Assembly (NCBI RefSeq): GCF_001194135.2
Contig: NC_068994.1
Span: forward strand, 27,591,536 to 27,643,497
Length of the DNA: 51,962 bases
Origin: Octopus bimaculoides
Taxonomy: Eukaryota
Direction: 5' to 3'
Shown here one piece after another: positions 13,562 to 27,569 of this stretch. Made by a program: the position numbers and the translations under genes. Each line of letters opens with the position of its first letter. Position 1 is the first letter of the stretch. The notes under the pieces were generated by a model that was given only the letters and a program-made list of their open reading frames with translations, made no database searches and was not told where the DNA came from.

Positions 13562-14380
13562 CAAATGCTTCAAGTAACTTGTCTCTAAATCTCTGTCCAT
13601 TTGCAGGGTCTTTAAGTTTCCATACCCTTCTCCCCCAGGCCGGTCTACTTATGGGCACCCATATTGCCTTGATCTCGAAGTCGCTAACTACTAATCTGTG
13701 TTGGGGTGTACATTCTTTGCCAGGGAGGGTTTTGGCATTTATAAGCCTCCCTCTTTCTCTAGTTCTGGCAAGGATGTAGTCGATTTGGCTAGAGTGTCTG
13801 CCGGATTGGTAGGTGACTAGGTGACAGGCAGGTTTCCTGAAGTTGGTATTGCAAACCATAAGATCGGTTGCATCACAGAACTCCAGCAGTCTGGTTCCCT
13901 CCTCGTTGTGGGAACCGAAGCCATAGCCTCCATGTATGCCATGGAAGCCTCCAGCACGACGTCCGACATGACCATTGAAGTCACCAGCCACAAAGAGAAG
14001 GTCTCTGTCTCTTGTCGACGAGGTAGTTTGCAAGAGGGTGTCATAGAATTGGTCTTTCAGCCCATCCAGGAGCCCCGGTTGAGGGGCATAGGCTGAGATG
14101 ACAGTAGCTAGCCTATGATAAAGCACTAGCCTAATCTTAAGTACTCTGTCACATACTCTAACGACCTCGATTACCTTATCAACCCATTTCTCTGCTAGAA
14201 GTATTCCTATGCCCCTGACTCCGTCAGTGTTCCCTGCCCAGAAAAACTTGTACCTGTGTTCTTTGCCTGTGAGGAACCTCGCAGAACCTCCTCTCCATCT
14301 TACTTCTTGGATGCAGCACAGATCTACGCGTCGCCGTTCAAGCATCTCAACAATCTATACTCACACATCCCAACACACAT
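13562..14380 (-). mobile_element. RTE-clade LINE, apurinic endonuclease fragment (open 265 aa)
   Basis: DLCCIQEVRWRG, ISAYAPQ, AGDFNGHVG, SQIDYIL and TPQHRLVVSD motifs of the APE domain. Confidence 0.9.
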
Positions 14381-15559
14381 GATAGTTGCTTCCTTGTTTG
14401 CATTTCAGAATGGGTCTCATATGTGAGCAGTACATGTATGACTTTTCAGGACAACAAGTGATGTATACTCTTTGGCACAGATCTTTCATACATGATTGCC
14501 CCTGTTGGACATCATGCACTTTCATGTGATGTTTTAAGCCCTCTGGTAATAGGCAAACCATGCCACATTTATACTGTTATACTGTGTATGGTGCTCTCCA
14601 AGTCAATTCTGTATATGTGGCTTCTTCTGTGACTTTTCAGTCCCACTCAGCTGAAGCAGTCTCACATTCATCACATGCCAGTGTCATCCACATTTCCTGA
14701 TATATCCACACCCTTTCTAGCATCCCTCCTCTTCAACATTTTATGATTTCTTCAAGCAATTTCAAAGCTTTCACTTCTATCATTTTTGCTTTCTTTCACC
14801 TTACCTGATCAGTTTCAGTTTTATACCAATCTTTATCCAAGATTTTAGCTTTCATCAAGGATTTTTTATGCAATCTTTGGACCTCAGCTTAGGTTTGTGA
14901 CATAGGTACGTTCCAGTCCTCAACGCACCCTACAGGAGTCACTTCAGAGTTCCACAGTTTGCCATTCTCACAAAGGACCCACCCATCAGAGTCAGTGCAG
15001 CAAAATAATTGACCCAATATTTCAACAGTAACTTCTTTGAAGGACCTCAACAATAATTGCATACATTTCCTATTGCAGGTCCAAGATATAACGTAGACAC
15101 TGGCGGTGGAAGTACTCTAGCTATTTCAAATGCTTTCAGTAAGTTACCCACATCTTCAAACGTACCACAGGGCGGACAACACACGTATATAAATTTTCAC
15201 TTTAGTATCAGTAGTGATACCATATTGAGACGACAGATGCTTTTCCAACTTTCTGAAAGCATCGTTGGGGTGGAGGATTCATAATGAGATTTCAATGCTA
15301 TGATACATAAAACTGTCTACAAGGTGGAACTTCTGACTGTACACTCAGATATCTGGTTCAAGTAGGGCCCTCTTGATGCAGGCTGATATAAGACAACATT
15401 TTAAGACTCATCACCAGGCCTCGCAGAAAACAATTATTGGAGAAGGAGTCCATATGCTACATGTCTGTTTGAATGTGAGGAAAGAGATTACAGGCATCAG
15501 TGTAAACTCTCTTAGCAATACACACACATACACACTCATGCTACCTCCCTATACAACAC

Positions 15560-16010
15560 AACATTGATGCAAAAACAATATACAATATCTGTCAGAAAAA
15601 CTGTCCTGGAATAAATATAGAGAACCCCTTATTATTGAACATGTACACAACATCAACACAAGGAATACTGGTGGAACGTTCCCATCAAAACTTCTGTCAA
15701 GTGTAAACATAACAAGCCGGATATTGTCGTCTGGGACAGGCAAGAAAAAATATGTACCATCATAGAGGTCAGCTGTCCTGCTGATGTGAAAATTTCTTTG
15801 AAAATCAAAGAGAAAGAGGGCAACTATGGACAACTGCTTTGAAACCTTCAACTTCTATATCCATAGTATAAATTCACATTTATCCTAATAATAATTGGTG
15901 CACTTGGTTCTGTAAGTAAATGTTTAAGTGACAATCTGGATAAACTAAAGTTTTTCAAAAATAGAAATCAAAACAGTAAAAATATGCAAGACTTTTCTCA
16001 TGTTTAAAAT
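15560..16010 (+). mobile_element. Non-LTR retrotransposon with restriction-like endonuclease (R4/NeSL-like), 3' remnant
   Basis: Translation EYWWNVPIKTSVKCKHNKPDIVVWDRQEKICTIIEVSCP...IIIGALG with in-frame stops. Confidence 0.75.
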
Positions 16011-17739
16011 GTTGACACTGTTTTTGTTGTCTACATTCCAGCAATGGAAGTTTGTATCTTTGTTAGAAACCAGCTCCTTCCTCAGAGGAAGAATTTAAAT
16101 AATTAAAAGCAGGAAACATCCATCTACCCACCCATCCATCCATCCATCCATACATACATCCATACATACATACATACATACATATGTATGTATAAATATG
16201 TGTGTGTTTGAGTGTGTATGCAAGATATGGAGATCACTGTATGAGTAAACATCACTGATGTAGTATTTAGATTATGTTACCCGAAATTGTCAATAATTAA
16301 AAACATTCCATGATTATCATTCAGGCAATCCATCTAATGCTACATTATCCATCCAAAGTATCTTTCCATTTTCTTAAGGGTGTGATATGTTAGAGATTTA
16401 GCTACTGCTACTAGCAAATCAAGCCATCATGTAGCAGTTTGCAAGTTAGATGTGTTGTTAATGCTCTGCAAGATTATGTCCCTGATAGAATATGTGTGTC
16501 ATCAGGATGAAAAGGAACTACCCTACTTTACAACAATAATTGAATTATTATTAATACTAACTCTTTGAATTTACATTACTATCAAACCCATACTGCAATA
16601 TTGATTTCATTCAAATTAGTTTCTTTTTAAGAGAGACTGAAGCCTATTGAAAGGATTTTTTTCTGCCATCATTACTGCCATTATCACCAATAATTATCAA
16701 TATCATCATCATCATCAACAACATTATTATTATTATTATCCTCATCATAATCATCATCATTTTGGTTATCATCATCATCATTATTATTATCATCATTGTC
16801 GTTGTCATCATCATCATCATTATTATTATTTACATTTCAGGATAATGATGAGAATCCAATGAATATTAAATATTACTAAATAGAATCAAAAATGAAAAAA
16901 AGGAAGCATTAACAAAGATTTCAAAAATTTTCTGTCTGTTAGAAATAAGATTATCTCTTTATCATTGGCATAAATATATCTTCTTTTTGCTGGGTGTAAA
17001 AGTGATTATAAACAAAATTGAATCAAAGAAAGTAAAATAAAAAAAAAAGAAACCAAACCAATAAATAGAAAAATTATATAATGTGAATATGTTTTGTATA
17101 ATGATTATATCCGTTGCCTGTTATGATAACACACTTTGTGGTTTAATCACTTTATCAGAACATTAAACTATAGCATCAACCAGCTATACTCCTGTATTGG
17201 TGGTTATTATGCACCATCATTATCAATATTGAGCACCAGAGCCATATTCCTACCAATACCCATCTATCTACCTATCCATCATATCGCATCACCAAAAAGT
17301 TTGATGGCTATGTTTTTACCCAGCTTGTCTACTGTGGTACCACAGACATAACTAGAGCTATAGAGTAAATGCCTACTGTGGTACTTCAGATATTACTGGA
17401 ATTATAGACTGAATCTCCACTGAAGTACTTTTGTCAATACTAGTATTATAGCATGCCCAAGTGCCCCCTGCAATATCTCCAATATCACAGGAGCAGCAGA
17501 TTGTTTGAGTATCCTCTGTGATATCTCAAATACTGCTGTAGCTATGGACATTGTATTGATAGTGATATCCCAGATACTGTTGACAAAAAGTTCAATGATT
17601 ACTAGGCCAAATAATAAGAGTTTTTGCTTTAACATTTTGAAATTTTGCTACTTTATCAATCTATCTAGGATAATATTACCTACTTCTATTCAATAAAGAT
17701 TTTATTTTTATAAGCTAATTCTGGAAGTTGGGATTATCA

Positions 17740-17935
17740 TCATCATCAACATTGAATGTCCATTTCCCATGCTGGCATAGGTTGGATGGCTTGATGAGAG
17801 TTAGCAAGGCCAGGGGGTTGCACCAGGTCCCATAGTCTCTTTTGTCTTGGTTTTTACAGCTAGATGCCTTTCCTAATGCCAGTCACTCTACAGAGTGTAC
17901 TAGGTGCTTTTTATGTGACACCATCACCAGTGCTT
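17740..17935 (-). mobile_element. RTE-type 3' end short copy; further copies at about 29435-29620 (+) and 37455-37640 (-)
   Basis: Matches the 3' UTR at 8190-8380 (aaaagcac...ggcatc...ccatgc...gcatgg) with an ATG-repeat tail. Confidence 0.7.
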
Positions 17936-19009
17936 TTTAATGTGGTACTAGCACCCACACCAATGCTTTTTATGTCACACCTTGGTTTCAGAGTCTTAAT
18001 TTTGTTGTGGGGTCTTAATTTCATTCCTCTGCCATCTCCTTCGTAAGATTCAGCATTTTGGGATAACATCTTAAACTGAAGTAATTTGTGTGGATAATGT
18101 CTAATCATCTGAATGTCAAGGTTTGCAGGAAAAACGTTGATACAGAGGGAATATTTATAACATGGTAAACTCTGCTAAAAGGTAGCCAAGGAGCAGGTAG
18201 TGTGGTGGTGTTAATCTGTGCAACACTTTTGTCATAATCACCCAGATGGATATAGGTATAATAGTAATGCAAATAGTGATCAAATTATATACAGGGAACA
18301 ATTCCATCTTGTTCCATCCTTAGACATTTTGAAAATTGAGTCAAATATTTTTTCTGATTTTTTACAATAAAATGTGGTAGGATCTACAACAAATATAGTA
18401 AACTCTAGGTAGTTGTTTATTATTGTTGTTATTGTTGTGTTCTTTATCTCACAAAATGCATTACCAACACTTGAAATAAGGTGATTTGGCACAGCTGAGC
18501 ATGTGCTCACAGAACTATTCATGTACAGACAAAGAGAGGGACAGAGAGAAGCATTGCAATTTATTAATTGAACACAAATGACAAAAACATTTTTCTTCTC
18601 CTCATACACATAGGGAAATACACTAACATACATAAACAGCGTGAGAAAGAGAGAGAGAAAATGAAAGAGAGAACAAGAGGAATATTAAAATGTCTGATGT
18701 TAAATAAGTCACCATCAAATTAATGACACTAAATAAGTGGCACCTAAACGGCTGTGCCAAAACATCTCATATCCACTTACACAACATCAATACCTATTTT
18801 CTTCAGTTTTCTAGAATACAGTAATAAAAAAGACAATATAACCATCACTGTCAGTTTATCATCACTTCCTCCTCCATTGTGACTGGTGATGAAGTAGTAA
18901 TGGTGGTGGTGGTGGTGGTGGCAGTGTTGTTGTTGTTGTGGTGAAATTAATCCCCAGTGTCACTCAATTGTCTAAATTTTATTCCATTTCATGATTTAAC
19001 CCACTCCAG

Positions 19010-19106
19010 TTGGTGGAAAACCTGTTATCACTGGTGAAAGAAAGAGACATAGATATTAAATGGTTGGACAGTATTATCAAAGTGACAGGGGCCTCTATAC
19101 AGAATG
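19010..19106 (+). CDS. SORCS: SorCS-like receptor, internal exon C
   Basis: Acceptor aacccactccag| and donor AATG|gtaagt; 97 bp, phase 0 to 1: LVENLLSLVKERDIDIKWLDSIIKVTGASIQN; same length as the recalled SORCS1 segment ISELLIHTLNQNSVHFELKPGVRVLVHAAHLT; phases fit both neighbours. Confidence 0.82.
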
Positions 19107-19309
19107 GTAAGTAAATATTTCATTTCTTTCTCTTAGATGTGTATTACTTAAACCAAATTTACTACTAAATCTCATAAACTGAAAACTTGGTTAGCTAACA
19201 GATTAACAACTATAATGAAAAAAATTCACAAATGATTAATATCTAAAGAGAATGGAAAATGTTATAATAATGGTAATAATAATACTTATTATTATTGCCT
19301 TTGCACAGC

Positions 19310-19860
19310 TTCTAATGCTTGAGATGTACTACAGTCTCAGCTGTTCCCTACCAGTGAACTAAGGTAACACCTCTTACTTTTCGAGCACCTTCGGGAGTAT
19401 TCAAGCGGTTCCAAGCAGTGCTGTTTTCTGCAAGTGCTCCACATTTATTGCAGCCCCTATTTGTTCCACGTACTTCTCGAGATTTTTACTCACTGTTCCC
19501 AGGGCTCCAACAGTTATTGGTACCACCATCACCTTTTTCATCAACCACAATTGCTTTACCTCCCAAGCTAACCTGTCATACCTATCGACTTTTCTTTCTT
19601 CCTTATTGCATACCTTGTTGTCAGCTGGGCATGCTATATCTATGATTCAGCATAGTTTGGTTTCTTTCTCAATTAAGACTATGTCTGGCTTCCTATTCTC
19701 TATCTCATGGTTGCACTGAATCATAAAATCTCACAAGATCTTTGCATTATCATTTTCGATGATGCCTTCGGGTTTGTGGTCATACCAAATATTTCTCTGT
19801 CAAGTCCATACTTGTTGCAAAGTGTACAATGGACAAGCCTTGCTATATTGTCATGGCGTC
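19310..19860 (-). mobile_element. R4/Dong-like LINE 3' remnant
   Basis: Minus-strand pieces resembling HNRPDIV and VVPIVIGALG-type RLE motifs, heavily decayed. Confidence 0.55.
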
Positions 19861-19890
19861 TCATTATTATTATTATTGTTGTTGTTGTTG

Positions 19891-21264
19891 TTGTATTTGG
19901 GGATGGTCATGTTGCCAGTTTAGCCAATAAAAACACACAAACTATATATTTGGTGTTAATTTGCTTCAGCTTTATTTTAGTTTTTTACATTAATCGTATT
20001 TCGGCCAGATTCTTTTGTCACACTTCTGTGACCTCATCAGTGGTTCTTTGCTTTCTTCTTTCTAATTTGTGTGTCTTTCCTTACTAACGATCAGCCATCT
20101 TCTATTTTGTATTCCTATTGTGTGTGTCTTTATTTGCGCATGCGTATACCCCTATGTGTGCCTATGTTTAGTAAGTGCGTGTGTGTGTGGGGGGAAGTGC
20201 CTGTATTATCTGTATCTCCTGTATATACATGTTCGTTTAATTTGTTTTTATTTATTTTTTTCATGTGTTTATACCTACTTATTATTTTTCTATTCATTCT
20301 TTTTTTGTATTTAATTTCATTTAATTTTTAAAATTTTGTTAATGTATATAGTTATTTAATTCCATTTGTTTATCTGTGTATTGAATTATATTTTGTTCAT
20401 ATTGTTATCAGTTTATGAGGATCTTGTTCTGTCATATGTTGTGGTGTGTTTGGGGTGGGGGGGTGCTAGTGTTCCATTCCAGTTTCCTATTCAGGCTAGG
20501 TTTATCTTCTATTAATGTGTGTAGCTTTTGTAATTTGTCTAAGCGTTGAATCTATTCTATGTGTGGACAAGTTTTTAACTTCTATGTTGTTGAGTGAGCC
20601 CCCGTGTTCTTGCTCAGCATGCTGGTACAGAATCGATGAGCTCTTCTCTTCTTTAAATTCCCTCCAATGTTCATTTACCTGCTCCCCTATGCTCCATGCC
20701 ATTTCCCCTACGTACATCGTTGTCATGTTACTGCATCGTCCCTCTGTACATCTTATACTATAAACTACATTTCTGGTTTTACAGTTTGTTTGTGGGCTCA
20801 ATCTACATACATAGATACAAAAAATTAAATTAAATACAAAAAAAGAAAGAATAGAAAAATAATAAGTAGGTATAAACACATGAACAAAATAATTAAAAAC
20901 AAATTAAACGAACATGTATATACAGGAGATACAGATAATACAGGCACTTCCCCTCCACACACACACACACACACACACACTTACTAAACATAGGCACACA
21001 TAGGGGTATACGCATGCGCAAATAAAGACACACACAATAGGAATACAAAATAGAAGATGGCTGATCATTAGTAAGGAAAGACACACAAATAAGAAAGAAG
21101 AAAGCAAAAGATCACTGATGAGGTCACAGAAGTGTGATGAAAGAACTCTGGCCGAAATACGATTAATGTAAAAACTAAAATAAAGCTGAAGCAAATTAAC
21201 ACCAAATATATAGTACACGTATTTTTATTGGCTAAACTGGCAACATGACCATCCCCAAATACAA
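19891..21264 (-). mobile_element. Penelope-like element: GIY-YIG fragment flanked by about 440-bp inverted repeats (inverted pLTR structure)
   Basis: 20502-20810 encodes NCKTRNVVYSIRC...MYVGE...IGEQVNEH (GIY-YIG); 19891-20330 is the near-exact reverse complement of 20815-21264; hammerhead-like CTGATGAG...GGCCGAAA in both arms (21115-21157 +, about 19999-20040 -). Confidence 0.85.
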
Positions 21265-21323
21265 AAATATCTGTTTAAACACACGATTTCACATCAAGAA
21301 TCTTGCAAAATGAATATATAAAC

Positions 21324-21373
<50 letters not shown>

Positions 21374-21454
21374 TCATGAAAACTCTCAGCTTATTTTACT
21401 GGGTATGATGATAAGTATCAGCTGCTCACAGTTATTAGCAGCAGCAGCAGTAGC

Positions 21455-21502
<48 letters not shown>

Positions 21503-23349
21503 TGAAAAAGAACATTTTCAGTTCTCTTGAATTATAATGTGCAGTTGAGAAATTTTCTTCCTAGCCATATTGTTTCTTGTTCAGTCCCATTTCATTTCAT
21601 CTTAAGCAGTTGTCTTCTTTTATGGTCGAGAGCAGACAGATATTACTTGACAGTCGTGTCACTACCCTAATAATAATAACTAGCTGAACCAAAATATCTC
21701 AGTTACACAAATGTAAGCGGAATTACTATTTAACTTTAAAATACATTGTACATATTTAAAGAGCCTTCATGTACAAATTTAAACACAAAAGAACGAAATA
21801 ATAAATGGATTTATGAATGAAAGTTTGGTAATTGTGTTTATTTTCACCACGCGACATTTATTATTGCAACATGTTTTAATTAACCTAAACTATACACACA
21901 CACAAATACATTCATATATATATGTCTTGAGTTGTAGCTGTAATTCAAAGGGGCCAGCCTTGCCATATTCTGTGTGAAGCTGAATCTCTCTGAGAACTAC
22001 ATTAATGTTATGCATGTCTGTGGAGTACTCAGCCATTTATGAGTTAATTTTATCTTCGTGTGGTAATGAAAAGTGAAATTGACATCCAATATTTGCTGTG
22101 TGTATATATCTATGTATGAACTTTTCTTTGGATTTATGTATCTACTGTCTCTCTCAGTTTCTCTCTTTCTCTTTCACTTCCTTTGTGTCCATTTTCTCTC
22201 TTGCTTTTGATTTAACAATGTGTATACTTATCTATGTATCTACTTCTCTTGTGATGTGATAAACATTTAAAAACACAAAACAAATGCCATAATCACTCAC
22301 TGTCTCTTTCCCTCTCTCTCTTTCTCTCTCACTCTCCCTTTCTCTCTCACTCTCCCTTTCTCTCTCACTCTCTCTCTCTCTCTCTTACTTCCTCTCTGTC
22401 CTCCTCNNNNNNNNNNTCCCTTTCTCTCTCACTCTCTCTCTCTCTCTCTTACTTCCTCTCTGTCCTCCTCTCTCTCACTTTGCCACTTCTTTGAAGTGTA
22501 ACGCACACAACAAGTACATACAAAAAGTTAGTGTAATAATATTATTGATGATGATGATAGTTGCTCCTGTCAGTTTGTTAGTTTTGGTGTATGACTGTCT
22601 GGAGGAGAGGGTTTTAAAAAAAAGTGGAGTAAAGAGAAAACAGCTTTTAAAAAGAAAAGAAAAAAAGAGGCTGCATTTATTCATGATGGATGCATGAATG
22701 TAATTTGACTCCAGATATGGATTTTGCTATGATGTTACAATGGGGGACACTGATGATTTCGAATTTGACTGAGATTGGGCAAATATGTCTGTTGATTGCA
22801 GGATATAATTATTTTTATTGTTCTTTTTCTTCAATTCAAATTGTTTTGATGTATCATGACACATGCCATGCAGATCGATCAAGGCAATGACTTTCCCAAG
22901 ATGTCAAGTTAAGCTCTAGAGATTTTAGTCATTGCTTCAGCTTATCCTTACCTAAGGACAGGTTTTCTTTTATTATGATATCCCGCCACTTGTTGGCCAT
23001 ACAAAAGAATTTTTGGAATGCTGTCATTTTTCACTTGAACAATATCTTACTCATCTGCACTGAATTCTCAGCAGCATGATTTGGATACTGGAAATATCAC
23101 ATTTTTGTAAGATTTTGACATTTGATATCTTATCCTACCATTTTATGTTGCAGATATTGTGCAGACAGCACATGTGAAAGGTTTCAAGTTTCTTTATATG
23201 TCTGTAGTAGGGAGTTCATGTTTCTGCCCCATACAAAAGTGTGCTCAAAATACAAGATTTGTATACATTTATTTTAGTTTTCAGACTGACACTGTGTTCA
23301 TCCCACAAATGATGGAAAAGTTTTCCAAAAGCACTTGTAGCCTAAGATA

Positions 23350-25006
23350 CAGTGCCTTGCAAAAGTCTACACCCCCTTTGAAAATTTATATATTTTGTAT
23401 AATTAACAGGGAACAACACATTTTTTCAATTCCAATGATTGTTAAATAATAAGCAGATCCATCACACTTTCCTTTGATATAAAAATTACATTTTAAAGAT
23501 TTCTTAAAATCATATAACTTGGAAAAATGTCTTTGCAAAAGTCTACATCCTGCAGATATTATACTGTATTATCAGGTAGTTTGTCATTGATGTATACAAT
23601 CCAAAACAATCAAAAGTGACACGTGCATTCTACCATAACAAACAAACTTGGTCAGTCTATTATTTTGCTATATAAGGTGATTTAACTGCCTACAAAATCA
23701 TTCACCACATGGCTTTTTGGTATGTTGGTCTTTGGACTCTGACTGTAAACACAAGGTGTCCAACTTAGGAAAGAAAATGGGCAAGCCTCTATCTCAGGAA
23801 CTTAAAAACCTTATTATTCAAAAGTACAATGAAGATAATGGCTATAAAAAGATTGCAAAAACTTTAGAATTGCCCCTAAGCACGATTAAAACTGTAGTTA
23901 AGAAGTGGTTAGTGCACAAAACCACTGCTACCCTACCAAGATCTGGGAGACCGAGAAAACTTACCAGAAGAGTAAAGTCAAAACCGGTCCGGGAGGCAAC
24001 CTCCAACCCTTGTGCAACACTGGAAGACTTGAAAGCTTCAGTTTCCAGTACTGGGACAGATGTCCATGCATCTACAATTTCCAGAGTATTGCACCGGTCT
24101 GGCCTGTAAGGGAGGGTAGCTAGAAAAAGCCCCTTCTGAAGTCTATATACACAAGCAAGCTAGGCTAAACTTTGCCAAAAGTCACATTAATGATTCCATG
24201 ACCATGTGGCAAAATATTTTGTGGTTAGATGAGACCAAAGTTGAGTTATTTGGAAAAAATATGAAATGCTACGTTTGGCAGAAAAAAGGCACTGCTCACC
24301 AACCTCATTACACTGTCCCCACTGTAAAGCATGGCAGTGGCTCAATCATGCTTTGGGGCTGTTTTACAGCTGCAGGGCTTGGAAAGTTGGTAACCATCCA
24401 AGGTATCATGGACAGTGTCAAGTACCAAGAAATACTGGAGGCAAACCTGCTGAAGTCAGAGCTCTGCACTTGGGTTGCAATTTCAAGTTTCAACAAGATA
24501 ACGACCCCAAGCATGCATAAAAAAACACTAAAGATCGGTTTGCTAGCAAGAAAATCACAGTTTTGGAGTGACCCAGCCAGTCTCCAGACCTCAATCCTAT
24601 AGAAAATCTATGGTGAGAGTTAAAGCTGGCTGTGCACCAACATTCCTCATCCAATCTGACACAGCTCGAGAAGTTCTGCCATGAAGAATGGTGAAAACTG
24701 TCAGCAGACCACTGCAGCAAGCTCGTTCAAGGCTACCCGAGGCATCTGCAGGCTGTAATTGATGCAGTAAGATCATCCACAAAGTATTAGCTGAAGACAT
24801 TCCAAAGGGGGTGTAGACTTTTGAAAAGACATCTTTGTTTAAGAATCAGTTTTATATTTTTCAAATGTATTTTGTGTATTAAATAAAAGTGTGATAGATC
24901 TGCTTATTAAAACAAATTATTAGAGTTTAAAATATTAATTGTTCCTATCAAAATAAACAAAATACATCCAGTTTTCAAGGTGGGTGTAGACTTTTGCAAG
25001 ACATTG
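23350..25006 (+). mobile_element. Full-length Tc1 (DD34E) DNA transposon with IR/DR-type TIRs of about 200 bp, inactive
   Basis: TA both sides; CAGTG...CATTG ends; outer and inner GCAAAAGTCTACA direct repeats in each TIR; internal transposase remnant. Confidence 0.92.
23777..24790 (+). pseudogene. Tc1 transposase pseudogene
   Basis: MGKPLSQELK...GRPRK...DETK...QDNDPKH...SPDLNPIENLW...TKY*, interrupted by stops and frameshifts. Confidence 0.9.
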
Positions 25007-25360
25007 TATTCTAACATCAAGAGAACGCATAAAGTTTACTGCATTTCCAAGATATTTAAATGACTTGGTCTACTTGAGTGACTTTTTGTCTATCATCACA
25101 TTTGAATCTTAAGTATGTTCTGCCACAGGCTATGGTTGGAATAAAATTTCAGCCTTCTTGATGCCCATAGTCAGTCCAAATGTATGAGCTGCTAGAGCAA
25201 ACCTGTTGCCCATTTTCTGAATTCCCTCCAATGTATGAGATATCAAAACTCAATCATCAGAAAATAGAAAGTCATGTAAAATCTCTTCCTTGGTCTATTT
25301 CATTGATCTGAAACTTTGCCCTTTTAGGTTTAGTAGATCTCCTGTGCAAAACTGGAAATT

Positions 25361-25543
25361 TACACCTCAATAGACGTCAGTGATTGGTTGAAATTACCGA
25401 AAAATACGATAACTTCAAATATACAAACTTTTCTTAACAAGGCTAAGAGAAAAAGGTGTTTTATATGACACATTCTACCAGTATCCCAAGTTTGAAAGTG
25501 TTTCGTTAGAAAACAAGTGGTGTCTGCCAAATCAGAAAGATCC
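25361..25543 (-). mobile_element. Partial copy of the non-autonomous element at 28495-28925, opposite orientation
   Basis: Reverse complement of 28495-28690 with a small internal deletion. Confidence 0.75.
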
Positions 25544-25559
25544 TTTATTCTCGGATGTA

Positions 25560-26990
25560 TACTGGATCTCAGTGGCCTTTTTGCATATAGTTTAACTGCA
25601 AACCATTCTGTGGTCTGAGTAACACTTGGGAGTTTTGTGAGTTCTGGTTAATCTAAAATCACTGCAATCTTTGCTTTTCGTGATGACTTAGCCAAGCATG
25701 TGCCAGTTACCATCAGGGATGCTTCCAGATGTTTTTGTTTTTGTCTGCCTGCTGAAACTGTGTTTGTGATTGTTAGATCAAATTGTTGATAGAAAGGCAG
25801 TAGTCACAAACTGCTTTCATTCAGCTTTCCTGCTCAGTGTTTTCCTATTACTCCTGACCATACTGTGTGTTTGTTGCTTATTCTGGCATTAAAATCACCC
25901 ATCAATATGATTTTATCATGGTATGAAATTTTACTGACAACTGTCAGCAATTTGAAATAGATGTGTTCTTGTTCACATGCTGATAAGGTAGGTGCATATG
26001 CACTGATAAAATGCATAAATGAGGATTTAACTATTGGAATATGGAATGTCATGCGACACTCATCAATAGCTTGAGGGATGGATGGCAATTTGTGAAATAG
26101 AGTCCATTTAATAGCAAAGCCAGCACCATGAATTCTTGGTTCATCTGCTGCCGTTCCACTCCAAAAAAAAGTATAACCACTTCCAACTTCTTCTAATTCA
26201 CCAGTGTCTGCAAGCCTGGTTTCACTTAGATCAGCAATATCAATATTATAGGAGCTAATTACTTTTGCAATTAGTGCTGTTTTCCATTCTAGGCTGTCTT
26301 TGCTGTCTTGTAAAGTTCTTACATTCTAACAACCAAAGATTAGCATACTTTTTATTCTTTTTATCTATATCTTGATTGCAATAAACTAGATGACTAGACA
26401 TCTGCAGTTAATGCCAAGCTCATTGAAGGCAACACTTTTTTTAGGGTTCCTGCTATCACCCTTCCACTCTACAAAGAGATGGCCATCACTTTCTGTACTA
26501 CCTATGTGTGGGACTCTACCTAGGAACTTCCAGCAACACCTTTTGCTTGATCCCATTGCCATATCCTGTCACCATAGGACTTTCAACTTGCCTTCAAACT
26601 ACCTCCACAATGAATTTGTTTTAAGTGGTATAGGCTTGTATCACCCATTACACTCTTTCATTCTGATAGCCTAAACTCTGGTGCATATTGGTACCACTTG
26701 GAGAAAGGGCTGTCTGGATACAGGGCTGGTGGCTTAGGAGTGCTGAAGATGAAATGTGCCCAGGCTTTGATAACAGATGAAGTCCCCACACCATTCATAT
26801 GATGTTCATGATTTCCACTGGGAATCAAATGACGTGGGATGGTCCTTATCTTCATCCAACCATTTCATGGTTCTTCTGCCTTCATCCCAAGGATGAAGTC
26901 ATTGGCCACTGACCAGTTGGGCCATCCGAAAACAGGGACAGAACTCATTAGCCTTGGTCAGCAATCTGTCTAGGAGAAGGAACACTGATT
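25560..26990 (-). mobile_element. RTE-clade LINE 5' portion (5' UTR plus decayed endonuclease)
   Basis: MLIFGC*NVRTL start, FISAYAPT and LMGDFNARI motifs, with internal deletion. Confidence 0.7.
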
Positions 26991-27000
26991 TAAATAATAA

Positions 27001-27211
27001 TAATCCTTTCTACTATAGGTGCCTGGAATTTGTGGAGAAGGGACTTAGTTGATTACATTGACCCCAGTGTTCAACTGGTACTTAATTTATTGACCCCAAA
27101 AGGAGGAAAGGCAGAGTCGACCTTGACAGAATTTGAACTCAGAATGTAAAAATGTACAAAAGGCTGCTAAGCATTTTGCCTAGCATGTTAACAGTTCTGC
27201 CAGCTCACCGT
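27001..27211 (-). mobile_element. tRNA-derived SINE
   Basis: Reverse complement of the SINE at 27358-27567. Confidence 0.8.
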
Positions 27212-27357
27212 TAATGATAATAATGATAATTATTATCATTTAAGACATCGCATAGTATCTAATATCGTTATGTTGTTGATTGAAGATATTATATCTACTG
27301 GGGGTTTGTACTGTCTGTCAAGTCACAACAAGGACCTCAAACAGACAGTACTTTATG

Positions 27358-27567
27358 AGATGGCGGTGAGCTGACAGAAACATTAGCACATCGGGTGAAA
27401 TGCTTAGCAGTATTTCATCTGTCTTTACATTCTGAGTTCAAATTCCATCAAGGCCAACTTTGCCTTTCATCCATTCAGGGTCGATAAATTAAGTACTGGG
27501 GTTGATCTAATTGACTGGCTCCCTCCCCCAAAATTTCAGGCCTTGTGCCTAGAGTAGAAAAGATTAT
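27358..27567 (+). mobile_element. tRNA-derived SINE
   Basis: GGCGGTGAGCTGACAGAAAC...GAGTTCAAATTC...gtagaaaagatta. Confidence 0.82.
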
Positions 27568-27569
27568 GT

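Noticed and set aside
22350-22475. Exact duplication of a CT-rich segment
   Set aside because: The copies flank a 10-N gap, typical of an unmerged contig overlap.
26900-26990. HDV-like ribozyme at the RTE 5' end (minus strand ttccttctcctagac...aaggctaa)
   Set aside because: Position fits known RTE ribozymes, but the nested double pseudoknot could not be built by eye and the 5' part is truncated.
27358-27450. tRNA genes at SINE heads
   Set aside because: A and B boxes only; no complete cloverleaf, and each continues into a shared SINE body.
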